Notes: generated from the sequence alone by a model not told the origin. DNA of 64,000 nt from Bacteroidota bacterium (GCA_049973045.1 JBMFJZ010000001.1:190316-254315); one strand, 5' to 3'; shown: positions 36,517 to 48,000, counted from the first letter of the stretch. Translations and numbers: made by a program.

Positions 36517-38898
36517 TCATTTTATTAGCAACATTTTCCTCGATTCGGAATAACTTCCTGCAATCAGCCGTACTATGTAAACTCCACTGGGTAGACTGGA
36601 GCCATTGAACTGGGTCGTGTAGAAGCCTGGTGTGAGTTCTCTATCTATCAGGACAGCCACTTCCTGCCCGAGCACATCATAAACACGGAGAGATACTTTT
36701 ACCGCCGATGGCGGCACAAGTGCCTGCGAACCTATTGAAAACTCGATCGTCGTAGTCGGGTTAAATGGGTTCGGATAGTTTTGATACAGATGATAACCTT
36801 CAGCAATAGGAGGAGTTTCCACGACGCCGGTGGTTGAGCGTGTCTTAAATCGCCAAACCTCTGACCATTTGCTCGAACCGTAGGCGTTTATTGCAGCAAC
36901 CCTCCATGCATAGACTGTGCTTACCTGAAGAGAATCTTTTGTGAACTTGTAAGTCGTATCAGCTACCAGCACTGTATCGAGGATTGGTGCGGCGAAATCG
37001 ATGCTCCTGGAAACCTGAAGCCTATAGTTTAATGCGGCTGCCGATGGATGCCATATAAATGTTGGCTTGATCGAGATTTCTGTAGACAGATTGTTTGGAG
37101 AAGCAAGGAGTGGGGTCCTCGGAAACGCCGTGGTGTAATTCCATGTGTCACTGAACTGACCCGATCCACCTGCATTATTAGCTGCGACTCTCCAATGATA
37201 TTTCTGCAGACCCTCCATTCCAGTTATAAGTTTCAAAGTGTCTCTATATGCAAGTTCATCCACCAGAAGGTTACTTGCAAAGCTTGAATCCTGCGAGACT
37301 TGAACTCGATACGAAGCGGTTAGATACGAGCTGAACCAGTGTAGCACAACAGTATCGCGCTCATTCTCAGAACCATTTGCAGGTCCAGCTAAAAGTGGCG
37401 GCTGTGGCGCAGAGATCGTTACAGTGTTGCTCGATGAGCTTTCGTTATAATTGCGGTCAACAGCCGTAACGATGTAAGAATATGGACCTTTCCCTGGCGG
37501 GGTAGGAGGGGGAGTGCTCCGAGTTCCCTCAACTGAGATGATGTTTCGAGCGTCTGCGAGTTCGTCCGGAGTGATGTTTGAATGATCAAATCGGTAGATG
37601 ACGTAACGTGTAGCTGTATCCCCATCAATTGCAGGAACTGGAAGATCCCACCTGAGAATTGGTGGAGCATTTCCAGCTTGTGCATATTGTAGATTTTGTG
37701 GAGGATTAGGTGCAATGGAATCTTTCCATGCCATTTGGGGAAGAAGGGAGGGATAGCGATAGTAAACGAGCTTCAGTGAATCAGCGAAATTTCCATCGTT
37801 ACCGGTTATGTTCAAAGCTCTGAAGAAAATGCTTCCACCTACCTTTGCATTTGCTCTATTCTGCCTGATCTGCTGTTCAATTTCTCCGGGTCCCCAATTC
37901 GGGATTCTATATGCAGCTTGTCCCACGTATAAGTGTCTCCCATTCAGTTGCTCCGCCCACCATGGCATCAATTTGCCATAATCCTGATTGCCTCCATTGG
38001 GCCAATAAAGCTGCGGTGCGATGTAATCGATCGTTTTTGCATTAAGCCAGGCAAGCGCGTCAGCATACAGGACATTGTAAGCATCAAGTCCAATAATTCC
38101 CGGCGGAATTCCGTTTTTCCATATCCCGAACGGGGAGATTCCAAATTTCACCCATGGCTTGATTGCATTTGTGCTATCGTGCACTTGTTTGATCAACAGG
38201 TTAATGTTATCGCGTCGCCAATCTCCTCGATCTGTGAATCCGCGATTATAATGAGCGAAAGTTGAATCGTCTTCATTTGTAATTTGATTGGGGGGGTAGG
38301 GATAAAAATAATCGTCAAAGTGCACACCATCCACATCGTATCTTCGAACGACATCCATGATTACTGACGTAACATAATCTCTAACCTGTGGAAGTCCTGG
38401 GTCAAGTATCTTGAGCGTACCGAAGGTCAATATCCAATCTGGATGCTTGACAGAAACGTGATTGGGGTCGAGCTGATAGCTTCCAACACTTCTAACAGCT
38501 CTATATGGATTAAACCATGCATGGAGCTCCATGCCGCGTTTATGCGTCTCCTCTATAGCAAACTGGAGCGGATCATAGTATGGAGAAGGAGGCTGTCCCT
38601 GCTTTCCCGTTAGCCAGTATGACCATGGCTCAAGTGTCGATTGATAGAATGCATCACATTCAGGGCGAATCTGAAAAATCACCGCATTTATGCCGGCGTT
38701 TTTGAGCTTGTCAAGTAGTGTTACCAGTTCATTTTTTTGTTGATATGCTGGGAGTCCTCGTTGAGAAGGCCAGTCGAGATTAGTGACTGTCGCAATCCAT
38801 GCTCCGCGAAATTCACGCTTGGGCGGAGCGGAGGTTTGAGAACTTATGTTAGATACAGCAAATATCAGAAGTAGTGACAAGGAGTTCCTAAGACGCAT
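36517..38898 (-). CDS. Glycoside hydrolase family-10-like (GHL10/YngK-type) protein with Fn3-like domains and T9SS CTD
   Basis: N-terminal EFRGAWIATVTNLDWPS is the GHL10 hallmark; central Fn3-like repeats; C-terminal HLYQNYPNPFNPTTTIEF. Confidence 0.75.
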   Translation of the reverse strand: MRLRNSLSLLLIFAVSNISSQTSAPPKREFRGAWIATVTNLDWPSQRGLPAYQQKNELVTLLDKLKNAGINAVIFQIRPECDAFYQSTLEPWSYWLTGKQGQPPSPYYDPLQFAIEETHKRGMELHAWFNPYRAVRSVGSYQLDPNHVSVKHPDWILTFGTLKILDPGLPQVRDYVTSVIMDVVRRYDVDGVHFDDYFYPYPPNQITNEDDSTFAHYNRGFTDRGDWRRDNINLLIKQVHDSTNAIKPWVKFGISPFGIWKNGIPPGIIGLDAYNVLYADALAWLNAKTIDYIAPQLYWPNGGNQDYGKLMPWWAEQLNGRHLYVGQAAYRIPNWGPGEIEQQIRQNRANAKVGGSIFFRALNITGNDGNFADSLKLVYYRYPSLLPQMAWKDSIAPNPPQNLQYAQAGNAPPILRWDLPVPAIDGDTATRYVIYRFDHSNITPDELADARNIISVEGTRSTPPPTPPGKGPYSYIVTAVDRNYNESSSSNTVTISAPQPPLLAGPANGSENERDTVVLHWFSSYLTASYRVQVSQDSSFASNLLVDELAYRDTLKLITGMEGLQKYHWRVAANNAGGSGQFSDTWNYTTAFPRTPLLASPNNLSTEISIKPTFIWHPSAAALNYRLQVSRSIDFAAPILDTVLVADTTYKFTKDSLQVSTVYAWRVAAINAYGSSKWSEVWRFKTRSTTGVVETPPIAEGYHLYQNYPNPFNPTTTIEFSIGSQALVPPSAVKVSLRVYDVLGQEVAVLIDRELTPGFYTTQFNGSSLPSGVYIVRLIAGSYSESRKMLLIK

Positions 38899-38939
38899 GA
38901 TCTCTCCTTTGCGATGTTTTTCGAATTATTAGCAGTCCG

Positions 38940-39140
38940 CTGAATCCGGCTTCGACAGGCTCACCATGACACGCTGGCTCTCACACGGGAGTGAGCGCAC
39001 GACAGGACGAGCAATCTGCGCCTGAGCCTGCCGAAGCATTGTCACCCTGAGCTTGTCGAAGGGTGACTATTGAGACCGTCTTTCCCTGTAGTTAGTATGT
39101 TCCGCCTGAGGCGGACCGCATTTGCAAAATGCAAAGTGTA
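38940..39140. repeat. Repeat-rich intergenic segment with hairpin-forming units
   Basis: cctgagcctgccgaag (39021-39036) and gtcaccctgagcttgtcgaagggtgac (39041-39067; 8 bp inverted repeat), tccgcctgaggcgga hairpin (39101-39115), palindromic tttgcaaa. Confidence 0.45.
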
Positions 39141-39181
39141 ACACGCCGCCTGACATTACAGTGCGCAAATATGCGACGAAC

Positions 39182-39221
39182 AAAAAGGGCGCTTGCAAGC
39201 TCAAAACTCACAAACGCCCTT
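39182..39221 (-). terminator. Putative Rho-independent terminator for the minus-strand gene ending at 39263
   Basis: On the minus strand, GC-rich stem AAGGGCG...CGCCCTT followed by TTTTTGTT (complement of the plus-strand A-run at 39182-39186). Confidence 0.45.
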
Positions 39222-39262
39222 CATAAATTTCCAGCATGACTACGTAACTAACCGAGATTCAA

Positions 39263-40549
39263 TCACTTCATCAGAATCATCTTCTTCGTCAAATGGGTCC
39301 CTTCAGGTGCATCCAGTGTGTAAATGTAAACGCCCGAAGGCAAATTGCCGGCATTGAATGTCACCGAATGATACCCAGCAGATTTGTAGCCGTCAACTAA
39401 CGTGGCAACTTCTCTGCCGAGCACATCGTAGACTCTCAATGTAACCTTACCGGAATTCTTCAGAGCGAAGTCGATCTTCGTCGAGGGGTTGAACGGATTC
39501 GGATAGTTCTGAGAGAGCTCATATGCGACCGGGACTTCACCTTGTTCCCTAACTCCTACAGAGGGTGTACGGACGAACATCTGGACCGGGGTAACAGTGC
39601 TAATATTAAACGCAGCAACGTAGACAGTATCCCCTGTGGGGCTGAAGGCTATTCCTCTCGGCCGTGGATCGAGTGAAAGGTCACCCTGCCACTTAATGCT
39701 GTCGACGATCGTTTTAGTGGCAAGGTCATATGCATACCAGGCATAGGGGCTGTATGGTGGATCGGGCAATCCGGAAGTTGTGTTTCCTGAGCCTACCCAC
39801 ATCCACCCTGTCTTTGGATCCCAAGCCATCGTCTCAACGACGAACTGAGTTAAGATAGAATCCTGCAAGACGTATGGACCGAGCGACCCGTTGTCGCTAT
39901 GGTAGACGTAGACCTTTCTCAGGCTATAGCGTGGCACATAAACGTCGTTTCCATTCTTGGATACAAGGATGTCGCGTCCGTAGCCATCCACAGAACTGGC
40001 GACGTTGCCGGCAGGAGAGAAGTCGGGGTTAAAAACTGCTACTGCACCGCCTGGGAGCACGGGTGCGAGGAAAACCTCCCCCAATGAATCATCAGCAACG
40101 CCGGCAATAGACTTTGTGTACCCTGAGATGGGGTTCATGACCCGGTTCATCCCCTGCCCGGTCTTGTAATTGATCCTCCAGAGTCGAGTGCTCCATTTGA
40201 CAGAAAGAATGTTCCCTTGGTAATCTGTTCTCATCCCGTAGCCAGCACCGTTTAGTGTATCGGTGATGCCGCCTGCGCTCAGCATTTTGATTGGTGAGAA
40301 TGGAGCCGGCGTCCCGTCTGGATAGAACACATAGATTGCACCGGTCTTCACTCCAGGAGCCAGACTGTCGTTGGATCCGCTGTATGATTGTATCCATACT
40401 TTCCCTTCCGGATCAACTGCGATACCGTTGTTAACCCCTGAAGGGAGTTTAAAACTGGTATCCGGGAAAGCTTTTACAAATTGCCACTGCGCAATGGCAA
40501 AAGGAGTGGCGACAATCAATAGAATCAAGATAAGAGCAAGTTTTTTCAT
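39263..40549 (-). CDS. Secreted beta-propeller-like protein with T9SS CTD
   Basis: Signal peptide MKKLALILILLIVATPFAIAQ; start at ATG 40549 preceded by GGAGGT; C-terminal LSQNYPNPFNPSTKIDF. Confidence 0.7.
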   Translation of the reverse strand: MKKLALILILLIVATPFAIAQWQFVKAFPDTSFKLPSGVNNGIAVDPEGKVWIQSYSGSNDSLAPGVKTGAIYVFYPDGTPAPFSPIKMLSAGGITDTLNGAGYGMRTDYQGNILSVKWSTRLWRINYKTGQGMNRVMNPISGYTKSIAGVADDSLGEVFLAPVLPGGAVAVFNPDFSPAGNVASSVDGYGRDILVSKNGNDVYVPRYSLRKVYVYHSDNGSLGPYVLQDSILTQFVVETMAWDPKTGWMWVGSGNTTSGLPDPPYSPYAWYAYDLATKTIVDSIKWQGDLSLDPRPRGIAFSPTGDTVYVAAFNISTVTPVQMFVRTPSVGVREQGEVPVAYELSQNYPNPFNPSTKIDFALKNSGKVTLRVYDVLGREVATLVDGYKSAGYHSVTFNAGNLPSGVYIYTLDAPEGTHLTKKMILMK

Positions 40550-40689
40550 TCCTGACCTCCGTTCGACTAAGTTTAATGGTTGAATAACGTGAGCAATTTT
40601 CTCGACGCTCAACTTGTGAAACTTCTAAGGGAGCCCCTTGCATCACCTCCTTCAATGGCGATTTCTCATATAACAATGACCTCTATTTG

Positions 40690-41907
40690 TTATTGTGTTC
40701 CGTAATAAGGAGCGCCGCTCTTCTTCGTGTCGATTCTCAGTAGTTTCCCAGCGCCGGTGCTGGCAAAGAGTGAACCCCCACTTCCCCAGGCAAAAATCTT
40801 GCACGAAGGGGAAAGGGTTGCAGTATACGCTGTATATGGTGTTTCATACGTTCCATTAGGATGAACGATCACGAGGAAGACACCTGTAGCATCGTTCCCA
40901 ATATAAAGATCCCCTTCTGAAGAGAAAGTAATTGCCAGTGCGGATGGTGTGGTTCCGTAGACACCGGAGAAATCGAAATAGACCTCTGGAGTTCCCAAGC
41001 TATCAGGAAGAATCCGAGCACGCCAAACTTTTTCAACTGAATCCTTCTGAGCTGCGAAGTAAAGATAATTGTTAAAAACTCGTAGGGAATGAATATTGGC
41101 TGCAAAAGGAAAAGTTTTGACCGATTTATCCGGCTTTATGAGGTAAATAAAATTATTGTTTCCACCAGCCCAAACATTTTTACTTTGGTCAAAGTCAAAG
41201 TCGTATATCTGGACTCCAACGGGGAAGGCAACCCATACTTGAGCAGGGCTTCCTCCACCCGGTGCAAACCGATACATTGCTCGGATATTTCTTGCTGCGT
41301 ACAGATAACCACCCGGGCCGAATTTAAGTGATGTCCATCCGACAGCACCAGAAGTTCTCGGTGCGTAGCTCGTTCTCAGGCCATCTGGAGTGAGCTTATC
41401 GATCCCATTGTCAGACCCGCTGGCAACAATTGAGGCATACAGAATGCCCGATGCATCCGTCGCAAGGCCAAGAACGGTCTCACTTGGCAGGAAACTCCCG
41501 AATGGGGCAACAGCTGCTTTTAGCTTGTAACGATACGGCTCACTGAAAAGCTCTGCGCCAATAACAGATACCCTGATCTGTACGCTATCCCCGATGACAA
41601 CCGGGGACTGGAGAACAAGCTGAGTTGAAGTCGCGCTGATAATCTTGGCAATCCCTGCATTAAAGAAGACAATGTCCTCCTGTGGATTCGGCGAAAAGTT
41701 TCGTCCGGTTATTATAATCGTATCCACAGCCGCAAGGGCACTATCAGGTGGGAAAACAGTGTCGATAACAGGTTGCGGCTTGCTTTGCCAATTCGGGTCA
41801 TACAGGCTGGGAGCGCTTTCATACTTGCAGCCGATCATTGCCGTCAGAGAGAAGATCGTGAGCAACGATGACACGAGAAGGAACTTAGTTTCAAGTGTGT
41901 TCTTCAT
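40690..41907 (-). CDS. Lipoprotein, IPT/TIG-like N-domain plus beta-propeller-like region (hypothetical)
   Basis: Signal peptide with lipobox (LTAMIGCKYE); no T9SS CTD. Confidence 0.55.
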   Translation of the reverse strand: MKNTLETKFLLVSSLLTIFSLTAMIGCKYESAPSLYDPNWQSKPQPVIDTVFPPDSALAAVDTIIITGRNFSPNPQEDIVFFNAGIAKIISATSTQLVLQSPVVIGDSVQIRVSVIGAELFSEPYRYKLKAAVAPFGSFLPSETVLGLATDASGILYASIVASGSDNGIDKLTPDGLRTSYAPRTSGAVGWTSLKFGPGGYLYAARNIRAMYRFAPGGGSPAQVWVAFPVGVQIYDFDFDQSKNVWAGGNNNFIYLIKPDKSVKTFPFAANIHSLRVFNNYLYFAAQKDSVEKVWRARILPDSLGTPEVYFDFSGVYGTTPSALAITFSSEGDLYIGNDATGVFLVIVHPNGTYETPYTAYTATLSPSCKIFAWGSGGSLFASTGAGKLLRIDTKKSGAPYYGTQ

Positions 41908-41956
41908 GGCACATTCCATATTTTAGAGTTCAAAGAGTATTATTCCATGTGCTATT

Positions 41957-42967
41957 TCAAAGCGAGAAATGAAATCCGAGTCGATGGACATTTGCAAACG
42001 TTTTAAACGGCGTAAAAGAATAGTCAAATCCTAAGGTAGTCCCTGCAATTTCTTTTTGCAAACCTATACCCGCGGTGAATCCATACTCATCGTTATTGAA
42101 CATATATCCAGCACGCAGCATAACAATCTGTGCAAATCGGTATTCTGCGCCAATGTTGACCTGCTCAGGATAATCGCGCGGATGAGTTGCATCGACGGAA
42201 AGAAGGAGTGAATGTATATATTTGTCGACGTCGGTAAGATCCAGTACGTCCATCGCAAACCCGATCCTGAAAATAAGTGGTAGCTGGAATGACTCCTGTC
42301 GGTATTTCAACTCGCGAGCGAAATTGCGCACGCTCATCCCAAAGGTAAGACTTTTGAATCCGGTTTTGTATATAATTCCGAAATCAAAAGAGGGGACATT
42401 CAACTTATTGTCAACTCTGATCAGATTTCCGGCAGAGTCCAATCCTACTGCGCTCATTCCGAGTGATTGGTAGACGAAGTTGACGTTTCCCCCGACTGCA
42501 AACCTGTCGCTCAATGCACGGGCATATCCTACACCTACAGCAAGTGCTGTCGGCTTAAAAGTACCGACGTCAAGGAATCCCTGCTCATTGTTTGCACGGA
42601 TTGTTTCCTGAAGCTCTCCATAATCTACAGAACGAAGTGTAATGCCGAAAACGCCGTAATCTCCATGAAACGGGCTGAACGCGATGCTGGCGAAGACGTG
42701 GTTGATGTCAGCAATCCAGTTTACGCGACCGAAAGATATGTCCGCAAAGCTACCCAATCTCGCCATCCCAGCAGGATTGTAGAACATCGCCGTTGATGTT
42801 CCCTCTATGGCAGTGACCGCTTCGCCAATGGCTGCTATTCGAGGGTCAGGACCGACGCTAATAAATTTCATGCCGGTTTGCGCAAGCTTCTGCTGTCCAC
42901 ATGCAAAACTTCTTGCGATTGTAAACAAAAGGAACATGCTTGATAAGAAAATAATAAACCTCTTCAT
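41957..42967 (-). CDS. PorV/PorQ-like outer-membrane beta-barrel protein (T9SS-associated family)
   Basis: Signal peptide MKRFIIFLSSMFLLFTIARSFA; FYNPAGMA motif and alternating amphipathic strands. Start chosen at ATG 42967 (RBS AAGGA). Family assignment from memory. Confidence 0.5.
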   Translation of the reverse strand: MKRFIIFLSSMFLLFTIARSFACGQQKLAQTGMKFISVGPDPRIAAIGEAVTAIEGTSTAMFYNPAGMARLGSFADISFGRVNWIADINHVFASIAFSPFHGDYGVFGITLRSVDYGELQETIRANNEQGFLDVGTFKPTALAVGVGYARALSDRFAVGGNVNFVYQSLGMSAVGLDSAGNLIRVDNKLNVPSFDFGIIYKTGFKSLTFGMSVRNFARELKYRQESFQLPLIFRIGFAMDVLDLTDVDKYIHSLLLSVDATHPRDYPEQVNIGAEYRFAQIVMLRAGYMFNNDEYGFTAGIGLQKEIAGTTLGFDYSFTPFKTFANVHRLGFHFSL

Positions 42968-42995
42968 GGTCATTGTCCTTGATCGTTTGAGACTT

Positions 42996-45053
42996 TCATC
43001 TGATGACGACAAACTTTCGTATGGCCCTTTCGCCAGTGGGCGTCTCAATAACAACGATGTACACCCCACTCACAATGATCTGATTATACGATGTCGTTAG
43101 ATCCCAGTATTCATCACCGCTGCCATTGGTATGTTCGATTGTCTTAATGAGTTCTCCGAGCTCAGTGTAAATTTTGATAGTGCATTCGCCAGGGATATTC
43201 AGAAAACCGATCTTATTAGGCTCATTTGGGTAGAGAAGACGATTGGGGTCAGCAGCAATGTTGTACGGGTTCGGAACAACCCGTATGGCGTAGAGTGAGC
43301 TTCCCGGTGGCCTCAGGAGATACGCTGGGTCATAGGACTGAGTATAATAACGACCGCTGACCAATCCTCCATCTCCAACAGAAACGATGTAGTAATAATG
43401 AGCAACTCCACGCACAACAGAGGTGTCCCTGTAACTGTTCTCGGTCGGCTGGGCTTCATAAATCAAACGGTAGGCGCTATCATAACGTGCCACAGCTCTG
43501 TAAATTCTAAAGCCCCTGAGCGTAGGGTCATTAGGGATATCCCAGGTGAGAGTAATGCGATCGCCGCCGGAGGTAACATTAAATGATGAGGGTGGCAACG
43601 GTGGCTGAGGGATGTTATAGCCAGAGTTGTAGTTTGCTATCGCACGTCTGAAAGTCTGGAACAGAGAATCTCGCCCCGTGTACACCCATTCGTTCTTTGT
43701 TTTCTGCACACCTTTGTAAGTAATGGGTGCCGTATTATTCCCTCCACTTGCCTTATACGCTCTGCCAATCTCAATGCAGGCTTCACGGTCAAGACCCGCT
43801 GCTGCCTCAGCCATCACAATGTGGATACTCTGACCCGGTCCAAGACGATAAGGTCCGTATCCATTAGCAATGGAGTAGCCACCTGTTGTTCCCAGAGACG
43901 GGTCGCCTCCAGGACCGACTTTGTCGGCGTGGCGTGGAGACATGTGCCCTGATGCCATCCACGCATATTCATTTTGCATTTTCGGGATGTTGTATTGATC
44001 GTTCTGGGAATTCAGTGGGTCATCGGAGCTAACGTACATCGTAGTGCTTGGCTGGTTAGGGTCATCTGTTGTGTCCGTCGGAGATCGGTCGGCGTGAATG
44101 GTCACAACGCCAACAAACTGCGCTGCGCCTAACCTGCCTGTAGTATCAAATTTGTCCACGTATCCATACGGGTCTGGTTCCCAGATAGGTCCTCCGATGT
44201 TATCGTACTTGGTAAAAGGTGGATATTTGCCATGCCACGAATATTGTGCGCGAATATCATTGTCTTTATTCCCGGGAAAGAATGTTGTAGAGGGATTCAA
44301 GCCGTCACCACGGGCGTCGTTCATTGTATTGATTCCCCATCCGGTAGCGTTGCCAAATACGTATCGGGTCTGTCTGTTTACCGCATAACGGTACTGAAAG
44401 AAAATGTAGAGGCTGTCGAGAGTTTGATTAGGCAGCTCGATCTCCGGGTCAGCATCTATGTTTCCGGTATTTGTGAACGTGTAATCGTAAATGATGTAGT
44501 TATCATTGTACTGCTGACTGAATGCAAGTATCTTCCTTGTCATCGTCAAGCCTATCGATGTGTTGACGACGTTGTAGATCATTCGGTCAGCTTTCAACGT
44601 TGGGTCGACCGCATCATTGTCATTTGGCTTGCTATAAGAGAGGTTTCCGTCTACAAAGACCCGAGGTGGATCGAAGCGACTGATCGTCTTGAATTCGATG
44701 GGGAAGAACTCACCAACGCCTGAAACCCTTGGTCCAACGTGCACCACTTTTGCAGGATAAAACCTCCCTTCTGCATCAGTGTAATTTTTTACGCCTATCC
44801 AGAGCCCTTTTGCCGCCTCCATATCCTGATACGGATAAATAGCTGGCCATTGCAAGCCGTCCTGTTGGACCTTCACTCTCCCTTCCTCGATTTCGCACCC
44901 CATATTTGAATACCAACTTTGCAGCGAACCAACCGCCATCCATTTTGTGGCAAACTGTGCTTGAGCCGAGGATGAGATTAAGAGGAGTAAAGTTATGAAG
45001 AGTAAAGCAAATCGGCTTACTGTTGTGTGTCGCTGATATGAACCCAGAATCAT
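42996..45053 (-). CDS. Large secreted protein with Fn3-like domain and variant C-terminal sorting-type domain
   Basis: Signal peptide; C-terminal VVPNPYNIAADP...GVYIVVIETPTGERAIRKFVVIR resembles a T9SS CTD but lacks the canonical NYPNPFN. Confidence 0.6.
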   Translation of the reverse strand: MILGSYQRHTTVSRFALLFITLLLLISSSAQAQFATKWMAVGSLQSWYSNMGCEIEEGRVKVQQDGLQWPAIYPYQDMEAAKGLWIGVKNYTDAEGRFYPAKVVHVGPRVSGVGEFFPIEFKTISRFDPPRVFVDGNLSYSKPNDNDAVDPTLKADRMIYNVVNTSIGLTMTRKILAFSQQYNDNYIIYDYTFTNTGNIDADPEIELPNQTLDSLYIFFQYRYAVNRQTRYVFGNATGWGINTMNDARGDGLNPSTTFFPGNKDNDIRAQYSWHGKYPPFTKYDNIGGPIWEPDPYGYVDKFDTTGRLGAAQFVGVVTIHADRSPTDTTDDPNQPSTTMYVSSDDPLNSQNDQYNIPKMQNEYAWMASGHMSPRHADKVGPGGDPSLGTTGGYSIANGYGPYRLGPGQSIHIVMAEAAAGLDREACIEIGRAYKASGGNNTAPITYKGVQKTKNEWVYTGRDSLFQTFRRAIANYNSGYNIPQPPLPPSSFNVTSGGDRITLTWDIPNDPTLRGFRIYRAVARYDSAYRLIYEAQPTENSYRDTSVVRGVAHYYYIVSVGDGGLVSGRYYTQSYDPAYLLRPPGSSLYAIRVVPNPYNIAADPNRLLYPNEPNKIGFLNIPGECTIKIYTELGELIKTIEHTNGSGDEYWDLTTSYNQIIVSGVYIVVIETPTGERAIRKFVVIR

Positions 45054-45090
45054 TTCTTCCTCGCCATGGTTAAGTAATGTAATGGACTTT

Positions 45091-48000
45091 CTATGGGATA
45101 TCGTACGAAACTCTGATGCCCCAGAATATATTTCGTGGATTTAGAAATGCGAGCTGGTAAAGGTTTGGCATATCGATGTACGGTTTCTCATCGCTCCTGT
45201 AGTCTCCGGGTTTATCATTACCGGGTGTGTTTGGATACCCCAGCTTTTGATTTTGTTGATCGCCGGCAATTTCAGCAGGAAGATGCAACGACATCATATA
45301 CGCCTGGAAGTCCTTGGAATCGTAAAAGCCGATGAACGGATACATATACTTGATGTTGAACACGTTGTATACATCTGCAAAGACTTCGAGGTTGGCGCCT
45401 GCAATCTTGAAAAGCTTGCTGATACGCAGGTCAAAATTTATGTAGTCCTTCCACTGAATATTATACTGAACTCCCGGGATGTAGGCACCTCCCGTCCATG
45501 TGAAGTATGTTCCTGCCTGCCAGGAGCCGAGGAGGTTTAGGTGCCAGCCGGAAAGCGGGCGTATCACACCGAGCGTTGGTCCGAAGTCATATGGTGTGAA
45601 GAAATCAAGATTAAGCCTTGCATATGGTCTTGGCACCGGCTTTGTTTGGTACAAATCGCTGTAATTAGTCCGCATATATTGTCGCATGTCAGCGGGGCTT
45701 TGATAGTATGTTTGATAGCCAAATCTGCCGTACGTTGAGACCATATACGTATAATTCACGAAACCTTGCAGCCAGTTTCCGCGCGTTTTTGAGAGTGTTA
45801 CTTCGAATCCTCTGATGTCCCTATATAAATTGCTTGTGCTCAGGGAGTAATTCACTTTGGTATCGCTGCTTATGTAGCGTGTGCTGGTACGTTCCTGTGA
45901 TACATCTTTGTAATATGCAGCAATATGAATCAGGAACTGATTGAACAGCGATTGCTCATAGCCAAGCTCATATGCCACGGTTTTGGGGAGCGGGGCATTT
46001 GGATCCGCCATCCAGGTAACAGCGTTATTGTCTGAAAATCGGCGGATAAGGTACAGGTCATCAGGGGTCGGCATCTGTCGGAAATGCCCATAGTTAAAGT
46101 ACAGCTTTGAATTTTCCGTTATTGGGAATGAGACCCCGAGGCGGGGGCTGAGTGTGATGATACGTTTCGTCGGTTCATGCTGCAGAAGGGTATCTAGTCC
46201 CAAGGAGTATTCCCCCGAGAGTGCGGGGTCATACGGCGTGAACTTGTACCAGTATCCGCCAGCGTAAGAGTAATCAAGTCGAAGTCCTACGTTCGCTATC
46301 ATTCCTTCGAATTCGAGTTTATCCTGCGCGTAGAGTGCGGCTCGTGTTGGATACGTATGCCAGTGAGACCAAGAACGGCCGCTCGGTAGATAGGCATCGA
46401 CTGATGCGTAACTGACATTATTATCGGTGTAAACAAACTCAAAACCAGCCTTAACCTGGTTATAGCGGTCGAGCTGGCTGGTGATATCAAACCTTGCCTC
46501 CCAGACGGTAACTTTACTGCTATCGCGGGAATTACTCATTCCTACGCTCATCCTCATCCCATCGATCGCATAAGATGGTTGAGGCCAGAATCCAAACGGT
46601 GCTTCATCGACGTAGTAGTAGTTTCCGAAGCGGTAAATTCTTGAAGTGTCCCGAAGTCTACCGGGATTTGTATTATACGCAGATCGAAACGCACGCAGCG
46701 AAGCCTCATAGAATGTCGATGAGCTCAGAACATGTGATAATTTTCCTCCCAGCATGTTGTAAGTGACAGTACTTGGTGCCCAGTAGTCGTACGTAAACAT
46801 ACGGGTGTCAATATAACTGACCTGGGAGAAAGCTTCTGCGATACTAACCGATGAATTGAATATCCCGGGCAATCCAGCATTGTTGTCGTTTGTCCCACTC
46901 TGTTGGCCTGTCAACCCTTCGAGCATTAATTTCATACCTTTGCCAACGTCGGATGTTAGTTTCAACTGGAAACTATAATCTTCGTAGCTATCTTTTGAAA
47001 GAGGAACAAAGTACATCGTCCTCGTTTGTCTGTACGAAGTAAAGAACCGGAGATCGCCTAACATTTTTCCTATCCCCGGAACTGGGCCACCAAAGCTTGC
47101 ATCAACATCGTAATCGGGTTTGGCGATCTCAAATTGTTTCCGATGTTGCCAGAGCCAGAGTCTCTGAGCCGCCGTGGGTGTCAGAAACTTTGTCGAGTCT
47201 CCACTTTGGAGAGACTTCTGTGCAATTGCGATCCATCCTTCGAATTCCGGGTATTGTTTTTGCGTGTATGCATCCCACGCACCATTCTTTGTCCCTGTCC
47301 AGCAAACAGCTGGATCGAGATAAGGACGCACCCAATAGAAATCAAGTGAGTTCAATGGGGATCCGAAATGTTTTGGTCCGGGAGGTCGGTAGCGTGCGAT
47401 CAAACCGACAGTATAACGGTCGGTGCTACCTTCCCTCGTCACAATGTTGATGACGCCCGAACGAATATTCCCATATTCGGCATTGAACCCGCCAGTCTGA
47501 ATTTGAATGTCTTTGACCGCGGTGTAACTGATGCTCGTAAACGGAGTATTGTTTCTTTCGTCACGTAGAGTAAGTCCATCAAGCATGAACGCGGTCTGGT
47601 CGCTTGTACCACCGCGTATTGTTAAGCCCTGGATGCCAGCTTGTAAGCCTATAGCAAATGTCACGCTAGTTGTGGGCAAAGGCTGGATCTGCTCAATGCT
47701 TAAATTGGTCGTGCTCGCTGAAACGTCCTTCTCGATAACGGGCCGTGTCGCCACAACTGTGACCTCCCCCGTAGTGATGGTAGCTTCACTCAGCGAGAAG
47801 TTCACTGTCGTTGTTTGATCGATGTTTACGCGAACGCCAGAAATTGTGGAAGGTGCATACCCTACTAAAGAAGCTTTTAGACGATAGGTACCGGGAGGCA
47901 CACTGAGAATAACGAAGTAACCGTCAACGTTTGTAGAGGCACCAAGCCTCGTTCCCTCAACTATCACGTTGACGCCAACTAACTTTTCACCTGTTTGAGC

